From Vulcanimicrobiota bacterium (GTDB lineage Bacteria; Vulcanimicrobiota; Vulcanimicrobiia; Vulcanimicrobiales; Vulcanimicrobiaceae): a stretch of 64,000 nt of DNA. Positions 58,142-64,000 of the stretch are shown here, one piece after another. A program made the translations under genes and the position numbers. The notes beneath the pieces were generated by a model. That model was not told the DNA's origin. It made no database searches and saw only the letters and a program-made list of their open reading frames with translations. The stretch covers positions 853,003 through 917,002 of the forward strand of contig CAWBQB010000003.1 in NCBI GenBank assembly GCA_963790985.1, written 5' to 3'. Within the stretch, counting starts at the first letter, position 1, and the number at the start of each line of letters is the position of its first letter.

Positions 58142-58666
58142 TTACGCTCCCTGGGCGCTGCGCTTCTTGCGCGCACCCGAACTCTTGCGCGCGCTCGTCT
58201 TCTTGCGAGGCGCCGCTGCCGCGGCCGCTGCGGCGGGCGCCGCTGCCGCGCGGCGCGTGGTCTTCGCCGCTTGAACCGATGCGCCGGCGCGCCGCTTGCC
58301 GCGCTTGGGCGGGCTCTCGCTTACGATGACCGTAACGTGCGAGAGGCGCTTGCGCTTGAAGGCCGCGCGGCCTTGCGCGCGCGGGTCCAGCCGCTTGGTG
58401 AAGCGTCCGCCCGGGCCGCCGTCCACGGTGATGCGCGCGATGTACAGTTCGTCGGCGTTCATGTCGTGATTGTTTCCCGCATTCGCAACGGCGCTGCGAA
58501 CGAGGCGCTCGATCGGCTCGGCGGCGTACACGTCGGCGAACTTCAGCAGCACGAGCGCTTCGCGCACGCTCTTGCCCCGAATGGCATCGGCGACCCGCCG
58601 CAGTTTGCGCGGCGCGGTGCGCATGAAACGCAGGTGCGCGACGGCTTGCGAGGGCTGCTCGCTCAC
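58142..58666 (-). CDS. rplV: 50S ribosomal protein L22 with roughly 55-aa Ala/Lys/Arg C-terminal tail
   Basis: [34 protein letters not shown]... Confidence 0.95.
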   Translation of the reverse strand: MSEQPSQAVAHLRFMRTAPRKLRRVADAIRGKSVREALVLLKFADVYAAEPIERLVRSAVANAGNNHDMNADELYIARITVDGGPGGRFTKRLDPRAQGRAAFKRKRLSHVTVIVSESPPKRGKRRAGASVQAAKTTRRAAAAPAAAAAAAAPRKKTSARKSSGARKKRSAQGA

Positions 58667-58941
58667 GACTTCACCGTCGCCTTATCGCCGCCGTGCCCGC
58701 GAAAGTGCCGGGTGGGCGCGAACTCGCCGAGCTTGTGACCGACCATGTTCTCGGTAACGTAGACCGGGACGTGCGTCTTGCCGTTGTGCACGCCGATGGT
58801 GTGCCCCACCATCGTCGGCAGCACGGTAGATGCCCGGCTCCAGGTCTTGATCACGCGGCGCTCGCGCGTCTCGTTGAGCTTTTCGATCTTCGCGACGAGA
58901 TGGTCCGCGACGAACGGGCCCTTCTTCAGCGATCTTGCCAT
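58663..58941 (-). CDS. rpsS: 30S ribosomal protein S19
   Basis: [15 protein letters not shown]...[29 protein letters not shown]. Confidence 0.95.
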   Translation of the reverse strand: MARSLKKGPFVADHLVAKIEKLNETRERRVIKTWSRASTVLPTMVGHTIGVHNGKTHVPVYVTENMVGHKLGEFAPTRHFRGHGGDKATVKS

Positions 58942-59769
58942 TTACTTAGATCCTCTGCGACGGACGATCATCTTCGTCGTGCGCTTGTTGCGGCGCGTCT
59001 TCTTGCCCATCGTCATCGTGCCCCACGGCGTCGTCGGGGGGCGTCCCGACGTCGAGCGCGCTTCGCCGCCACCGTGCGGATGGTCCACCGGATTCATGGC
59101 GATGCCGCGCACGCTCGGGCGCTTGCCCAGGTGGCGCGAGCGGCCGGCCTTGCCGATGACTTGGTTCTCGTGCTCGATGTTGCCGAGCTGACCGATGGTG
59201 GCGCGGCACTCGATGTGAATCTTGCGCACTTCGCCCGACGGCATGCGCACTTGCGAATACTCGTTCTCTTTGGCCATGAGCTGCGCGGAGACGCCCGCGG
59301 AGCGCACGAGTTTTCCGCCCTCGCCCGGACGCAGCTCGACGTTGTGAATGACGCTGCCGACCGGAATGTTCTTGATGGGCAGGGTGTTGCCGATCTTAAT
59401 GTCCGCAGCCGGGCCGCTCTCGACGACGTCGCCGACCTTCAGCCCTAGCGGCGCGAGAACGTAGCGTTTCTCTCCGTCGCGGTAGTGAAGCAGCGCGATC
59501 CGGCACGACCGGTTCGGATCGTACTCGATGGTCGCGACCTTGGCTGGGACCCCGTCCTTCCCGCGCTTGAAATCCACGATGCGATAAATACGCCGCGTCC
59601 CGCCGCCGCGGTGGCGCACCGTGATGTGGCCGTTGTTGTTCCGCCCGGAGTGCTTCTTGCGAACCTCGAGGAGCGAACGCTCGGGAGCGACCTTCGAGAG
59701 ATCCGAGAAATCCGGAGTCGTGATGAAACGCCTGCCCGGCGAGGTCGGCCGATACTTCTTTACCGCCAC
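58942..59769 (-). CDS. rplB: 50S ribosomal protein L2
   Basis: [15 protein letters not shown]...[12 protein letters not shown]. Confidence 0.95.
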   Translation of the reverse strand: MAVKKYRPTSPGRRFITTPDFSDLSKVAPERSLLEVRKKHSGRNNNGHITVRHRGGGTRRIYRIVDFKRGKDGVPAKVATIEYDPNRSCRIALLHYRDGEKRYVLAPLGLKVGDVVESGPAADIKIGNTLPIKNIPVGSVIHNVELRPGEGGKLVRSAGVSAQLMAKENEYSQVRMPSGEVRKIHIECRATIGQLGNIEHENQVIGKAGRSRHLGKRPSVRGIAMNPVDHPHGGGEARSTSGRPPTTPWGTMTMGKKTRRNKRTTKMIVRRRGSK

Positions 59770-59784
59770 GTCGCACCAAGTTCC

Positions 59785-60093
59785 TTACTGCTCAAAGTAG
59801 TTAACTCCACCCAGCTCGATCTTTTGACCGGCCTTGATCTTGATGACCGCCTTCTTGTAGTCGCTCTGCTTGCCGGTCGTGCGCTTGCCGCGCCGCGCGA
59901 ACGTGCGCTTCTTGCCGCGGACGTTGACGGTGTTGACCTCCAGCACGTCCACTTTGAATATCTCTTCGATGGCGTGGCGGATCTGCGTCTTGGTGGCCTG
60001 CGGGTGAACCACGAACGTGTACTGCGAGTTGAGCGCGTTGCCCATCGCCTTTTCGGTGATGCGCGGCGCTACGATCACGTCACGGGCGTCCAT
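59785..60093 (-). CDS. rplW: 50S ribosomal protein L23
   Basis: VIVAPRITEKAM...YTFVVHPQATKTQIRHAIEEIFKV. Confidence 0.95.
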   Translation of the reverse strand: MDARDVIVAPRITEKAMGNALNSQYTFVVHPQATKTQIRHAIEEIFKVDVLEVNTVNVRGKKRTFARRGKRTTGKQSDYKKAVIKIKAGQKIELGGVNYFEQ

Positions 60094-60754
60094 TGCGTGC
60101 CTTCTCCTGCTTTGCTTCCAGCGTTTGCTTCAGCGCGTCGTACGCGGCGGTGGTAAAGACGAGCCGCTCGAAGCGAAGCACGTCCTTGACGTCCAGCGCG
60201 CCGTCGTGCGTGAGCGCGACGCGGGGGAGGTTGCGCGACACGCGCTCGAGCTCGGCCGCATGCGGCTCGTCGAGCCGGCAGACGATGAGCGTCGTCGGCC
60301 CGAGGCGAGCGGCCTTGGCGCTGCCGAAGAGCAGTTTGGCCAAGCCCGCGGTTTTCGCGATGCCGAACTCGGTCGCGTCCATGAGGGTTACCGCGTCGTT
60401 GCGAAAGCGATCGGCCAGTGCGGCCAGAAACGCGAGACGCCGCTCCTTTTTGTTCAGCGATTCCACGAAGCTGCGAGGCTGCGGCCCGAAGACGACGCCG
60501 CCGTGACGCCACTGCGGCGAGCGGATCGAACCCTGGCGCGCGCGCCCGGTGCCTTTTTGCCGCCACGGCTTGCGTCCGCCGCCCGAGACTTCGTCGCGCT
60601 TCTTCGTCGAGGCCGTTCCCGCGCGGGGATTGGCGAACTCGCGATGCACGGCGCGGTAGACGACGTCGAGCTTTCCGCCGAAATCTTGCTGCAGGATCGC
60701 GGGCGTCTCGAACTCCCGCACGACCTTGCCGCTCGCGTCGATAACGTTGGGCAT
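60080..60754 (-). CDS. rplD: 50S ribosomal protein L4
   Basis: GTASTKKRDEVSGGGRKPWRQKGTGRARQGSIRSPQWRHGG. Confidence 0.95.
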   Translation of the reverse strand: MPNVIDASGKVVREFETPAILQQDFGGKLDVVYRAVHREFANPRAGTASTKKRDEVSGGGRKPWRQKGTGRARQGSIRSPQWRHGGVVFGPQPRSFVESLNKKERRLAFLAALADRFRNDAVTLMDATEFGIAKTAGLAKLLFGSAKAARLGPTTLIVCRLDEPHAAELERVSRNLPRVALTHDGALDVKDVLRFERLVFTTAAYDALKQTLEAKQEKARNGRP

Positions 60755-61389
60755 TACGCGCCTGCCTTTCCGGCCTTGACGCTGCGGCTCACGATCACGA
60801 GCCCGTTCTTTGCGCCCGGCACGGGGCCGCGCACGAGCAGAACGTTGCGCTCCGCGTCGGCGCGGACGACCTCGAGATTCTGCAAGGTCGTGCGGTCGGT
60901 GCCGTAGTGGCCCGGACGGCGGCTGCCTTTGACTACGCGCCCGGCGTTCGTGTCGCCGTTGGATGCGGGCTGGCGGTGAATCATCGAGCCGTGGCTCGCG
61001 CCGCCGCCGCTGAAGTTGTGGCGCTTGATGCCGCCCGAGAAACCGTGGCCCTTCGAAACGCCGACGACGTCAACGCGATCGCCGGGCTCGAAGCCCGCGA
61101 CCGTGACGCTCTGACCGGCTTCGACGTCGTCGATATCCGTACGGAACTCGCGCAAGTGGCGCGACGGCTCGACGCCTTGCTTCTTGAAATGTCCCGCGAG
61201 CGCGCGCGTGAGGCGGCTGCGTTTGACCGGCGCGAAGCCGAGAACAACGGCGTCGTAGCCGTGCTTCTCCTTCGTCCTGCGCTCCACGACCGTGCAGGGA
61301 CCGGCAGCGATCACCGTGACGGGCACGGAGCGCCCATCCTCGGTGAAGACGCTCGTCATCCCCACTTTACGGCCCAGGATATTCTTCAC
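60754..61389 (-). CDS. rplC: 50S ribosomal protein L3
   Basis: MKNILGRKVGMTSVFTEDGRSVPVTVI...HGFSGGIKRHNFSGGGASHGS. GTG start with GAGGACGAGG upstream. Confidence 0.95.
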   Translation of the reverse strand: MKNILGRKVGMTSVFTEDGRSVPVTVIAAGPCTVVERRTKEKHGYDAVVLGFAPVKRSRLTRALAGHFKKQGVEPSRHLREFRTDIDDVEAGQSVTVAGFEPGDRVDVVGVSKGHGFSGGIKRHNFSGGGASHGSMIHRQPASNGDTNAGRVVKGSRRPGHYGTDRTTLQNLEVVRADAERNVLLVRGPVPGAKNGLVIVSRSVKAGKAGA

Positions 61390-61434
61390 GATCCTCGTCC
61401 TCGACGCCCCGACGGGCTGACATAGTACACGGGT

Positions 61435-61486
61435 CCAGGCGTATCGCCTGGTTCTTTACGCCGGCACGGCAAACTGCCGGACCGGC
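61435..61486 (-). promoter_or_regulatory. Structured 5' leader of the rplC-led operon (two strong hairpins)
   Basis: The minus strand has GCCGG-tc-CGGCA-gtt-TGCCG-tg-CCGGC (61460-61486) and then CCAGGCG-ata-CGCCTGG (61435-61451). Both lie between the predicted promoter and the rplC RBS. Confidence 0.45.
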
Positions 61487-61504
61487 GTGGACCACAACTT
61501 ACGC

Positions 61505-61533
61505 AGTTTATCAGGGGCCTGGCCCCCCGTCAA
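61505..61533 (-). promoter_or_regulatory. Sigma70-like promoter for the rplC operon
   Basis: The minus strand reads TTGACG-N17-TAAACT, immediately after the stop of the acyl-CoA dehydrogenase gene and about 115 nt upstream of the rplC GTG. Confidence 0.5.
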
Positions 61534-61539
61534 GGTGCG

Positions 61540-62745
61540 CTACCCGAAGGCGTCGAGCCCGGTGACCGCCTTCCCCACGACCAGCGCGTGCATCTCGCTG
61601 GTGCCTTCATAGGTGAGGACGGATTCCAGGTTGTTCATATGCCGGATGATCGGATATTCGAGCGTCACGCCGTTGGCGCCCATGATGGTCCGCGCTTCGC
61701 GGGCGATCGCCAACGCCTCGCGCACGTTATTGAGCTTCCCGAAGCTGACCTGAGCGGGGTGCAGGCGGCCCTCGTCCTTCGCCCGGCCGAGGTGCAGAGC
61801 AAGCAGCGTCCCCTTATTCAGTTCTAGGAGCATGTTCACGAGCTTCTGCTGGGTTAGCTGGTACCCGCCGATCGGGCGGTCGAACTGGACCCGGGACCGC
61901 GCGTACTCTAGAGCCGTTTCGTAGCAGCTTCGCGCCGCCCCCATCGAGCCCCAAATGATGCCGTACCGAGCCTCGTTCAAGCAGGCCAGGGGGCCGCCGA
62001 GCCCATCCGCGCGCGGCAGCAGCGCGTCGCCCGGAAGGCGGCAGTCGGCTAAGACGAGCTCGCTGGTGATGGACGCGCGCAGCGAAAGCTTGCGATGGAT
62101 GTCCGCGGCTTGCAGACCGCGCGTGCCGCGCGGAACGATAAAGCCGCGGATGCCGGCATCGCTCTGAGCCCAGACGATCGCAAGATCCGCGATCGAGCCG
62201 TTGGTGATCCACATCTTCGTGCCGTTGAGGATCCAGTCGGATCCGTCGCGGCGGGCGTAGGTGCGCATGCCGGCCGGATTGCTTCCGAAATCCGGCTCCG
62301 TCAAGCCGAAGCAGCCGATGAGCTCGCCGCGCGCCATGCCGGGAATCCAGCGCGCCTTCTGCTCCTCGCTGCCGAAGCGGTGGATCGCGTACATCGCGAG
62401 CGATCCTTGCACCGAAGCGAAACTGCGGACACCGGAGTCTCCGGCCTCGAGTTCCAGGCAAGCGATGCCGTAGGCAACGGCGCTCGCTCCGGCGCAGCCG
62501 TTGCCGCTCAAGTGCATCCCGAGCAGGCCGAGCTCTCCGAGTTCGCGCCCCAGCTCGCGCGGCAGGGTGCCGTCTTCGAACCACGTTGCAACGTCGGGCA
62601 GAACGCGGGCGCGCACCCAAGCGCGAACCGTGTCGCGAACAAGCCGCTCTTCGTCCGAGAGCAGCCCCGCGACGTCGAGAAAATCCACCGGGTCGGGAGT
62701 TCGCGCGCCCGCGCGCGCGACCGCCGCGGTCACCTCGGACGCCAC
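61540..62745 (-). CDS. Acyl-CoA dehydrogenase, glutaryl-CoA dehydrogenase-like
   Basis: GCFGLTEPDFGSNPAGMRTYARRDGSDWILNGTKMWITNGSIADLAIVWA and a C-terminal ...YEGTSEMHALVVG. Confidence 0.85.
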   Translation of the reverse strand: MASEVTAAVARAGARTPDPVDFLDVAGLLSDEERLVRDTVRAWVRARVLPDVATWFEDGTLPRELGRELGELGLLGMHLSGNGCAGASAVAYGIACLELEAGDSGVRSFASVQGSLAMYAIHRFGSEEQKARWIPGMARGELIGCFGLTEPDFGSNPAGMRTYARRDGSDWILNGTKMWITNGSIADLAIVWAQSDAGIRGFIVPRGTRGLQAADIHRKLSLRASITSELVLADCRLPGDALLPRADGLGGPLACLNEARYGIIWGSMGAARSCYETALEYARSRVQFDRPIGGYQLTQQKLVNMLLELNKGTLLALHLGRAKDEGRLHPAQVSFGKLNNVREALAIAREARTIMGANGVTLEYPIIRHMNNLESVLTYEGTSEMHALVVGKAVTGLDAFG

Positions 62746-62746
62746 G

Positions 62747-63172
62747 CTACCGTTTCAGGACCCGCGCGAGCTTGTCGAAGAGCGCCTCGGTCGAGCGCTC
62801 GAACTGATCTTCGAAACGCCGCCAGAGCAACCGTCCGTCGGTGTCGGAGAGCATCGCATCGACGCGGTACTCGAGGACGGTCTCTTTCCCGGCGGCGACG
62901 ACGTGGAACGCATGCGTTCCGTCAACGCCTTCGTTGCGAAACCGCCAGACGATGCGTTCCTCGGGAACGGCCTCGTCCAGCACGGCGTGGATTCCCAGGT
63001 GCCACTCTTCGGTGCGTCCGGGCGCGAGCGGGCCGGGCGAGCGCATGAAGGGCTGCGACGCGAACGGCCAGATCTGATCGCCGGACGTGCCCATCTCTTC
63101 GAGCAGGTGATAGATGCGCCGTTTGGTGCCGTGGAAAGAGCGCGACCGGACTTCATGAAGCTCGATGGGCAT
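62747..63172 (-). CDS. SRPBCC-superfamily (START/AHSA1-like) protein
   Basis: 141 aa. The family assignment rests on size and secondary-structure-like pattern only. Confidence 0.5.
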   Translation of the reverse strand: MPIELHEVRSRSFHGTKRRIYHLLEEMGTSGDQIWPFASQPFMRSPGPLAPGRTEEWHLGIHAVLDEAVPEERIVWRFRNEGVDGTHAFHVVAAGKETVLEYRVDAMLSDTDGRLLWRRFEDQFERSTEALFDKLARVLKR

Positions 63173-63187
63173 GGTCGGTCGGTTCGC

Positions 63188-63730
63188 TTATCGGAGCGCG
63201 ACGACCCCTACGGCGCCGGCGAGCACGATGAGCAGCGGCGCGCTGACGTTGGTGCGAATCATCAGCGCGGCCACGGCCGCCGCGGTCACGTAGGCGACGG
63301 CGTTGGCCGGTGCGCCGCGCGCGATGGTCCAGACGCTCGACCACACGAGCCCGACGATCGCCGGCGCCAGCCCGCGGGAGATGATCGCGCGCCACGGCGA
63401 GGCTTGGAAGCGCACCCAGAGTGCGTCGAAGGCCACCATCATGAGGCTCGAGGGAAGAAACATGCCGACGGTCGCCGCTGCGGCGCCGACGATCGGGCTT
63501 CCCGGCATCGCCGCGTAACCGACGAGCGCGGCGAAGATCGTCGTCGGCCCGGGCACGAGCTTCCCGATCGTGTAGAACTGCGTGAACTGCTCCGACGTAA
63601 TCCAGTGGTACGTGGTGACCGCATCGGTGTGCATCTGCGGGATGATGCCCTTACCGCCCCCGAAGCCGAGCACCGAAAGCTGCCCGAAGACCCACAGCAG
63701 GTTGAGGACCGTCCGCAGCGCGCTATCCAT
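63188..63730 (-). CDS. chrA: Chromate transporter (CHR) family, half-size subunit
   Basis: FGQLSVLGFGGGKGIIPQMH...GKLVPGPTTIF is the CHR signature. Confidence 0.8.
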   Translation of the reverse strand: MDSALRTVLNLLWVFGQLSVLGFGGGKGIIPQMHTDAVTTYHWITSEQFTQFYTIGKLVPGPTTIFAALVGYAAMPGSPIVGAAAATVGMFLPSSLMMVAFDALWVRFQASPWRAIISRGLAPAIVGLVWSSVWTIARGAPANAVAYVTAAAVAALMIRTNVSAPLLIVLAGAVGVVALR

Positions 63731-64000
63731 TGGAGCGCTTTCGCGTGCGCAGATACTCGTGCACGATCCCGATGCCGCCGAAAACGACGAGCACGAGCAG
63801 CAGCGGCATCTTCAGAACCGAGACCGCGGCCGCGGTGACGGCCAGCAAGAGGATGCGCACCCAGTCCGCGCCCTGCTCCCACGTGAGCTGCAGCGCGTTA
63901 CCCACGGTCAGCCCGATCGCGCCCGCGGCGCATCCAAGCAGCGCGCCGTGAACGTACGAATTAGCCGCGAACTTAAAGTACAGCGCGCCGACGGCCAGGA
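63723..64000 (-). CDS. chrA: Chromate transporter (CHR) family, second half-size subunit (5' end beyond window)
   Basis: The frame stays open to the window edge (…LAVGALYFKFAANSYVHGALLGCAAGAIGLTVGNALQLTW…). It overlaps the partner start by 8 nt. Confidence 0.7.
   Translation of the reverse strand, partial: LAVGALYFKFAANSYVHGALLGCAAGAIGLTVGNALQLTWEQGADWVRILLLAVTAAAVSVLKMPLLLVLVVFGGIGIVHEYLRTRKRSNG

Overview
This window is a gene-dense, high-GC bacterial chromosomal segment. Typical coding lines are about 70% G+C by hand count, and most genes lie on the minus strand.

Gene content by region:
- 0-12.8 kb: housekeeping and envelope genes. These are an edge-truncated Kelch-like lipoprotein, HU, aroA, an M20 amidohydrolase, an RND pump with its adaptor, and a divergent OmpR-type two-component system.
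- 12.8-17 kb: five tRNA genes interleaved with tadA, small or secreted proteins, a two-domain retropepsin-like protease, and a roughly 0.5 kb patch of about 50% GC carrying one orphan ORF.
- 17-36 kb: a long co-directional block with Firmicutes-like order. It runs rpsU-yqeY, nfeD-floA, phoH-ybeY-dgkA, CNNM/CorC, recO, ruvX, mltG, DUF1292 and ugtP-like. It is followed by a HIT protein, a Cu-amine-oxidase-N protein, two glycosyltransferases, pyrG, prmC, prfA and rpmE.
- 36-41.6 kb: leuCD-like genes, metY, a CoA-binding protein and a luxE-like gene.
- 41.6-61.4 kb: the S10/spc/alpha ribosomal protein super-operon (rplC through rplQ).
- 61.5-64 kb: an acyl-CoA dehydrogenase, an SRPBCC protein and split chrA genes.

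The ribosomal operon is the most unusual part:
- About 5 kb of non-ribosomal cargo sits between rpsM and rpsK. It comprises an NTP-transferase, an MFS transporter and two tandem outer-membrane-type paralogs. Each paralog is built as a Cu-amine-oxidase-N domain, a poly-Pro linker and a beta-barrel.
- rpsJ, infA and rpmD are absent from their usual slots.
- The rpsC 3' repeat tail looks frameshifted.

Three conserved genes appear to need ATT or CTG start codons placed directly at the upstream gene's stop codon.

I saw no CRISPR array, integrase, transposase or rRNA gene. Lineage cannot be assigned from the sequence alone. The mix of Firmicutes-like synteny and beta-barrel OMPs suggests a diderm member of the Terrabacteria, but this is speculative.

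Many long Arg-rich ORFs in the supplied track are antisense or out-of-frame shadows of real genes and were not called.
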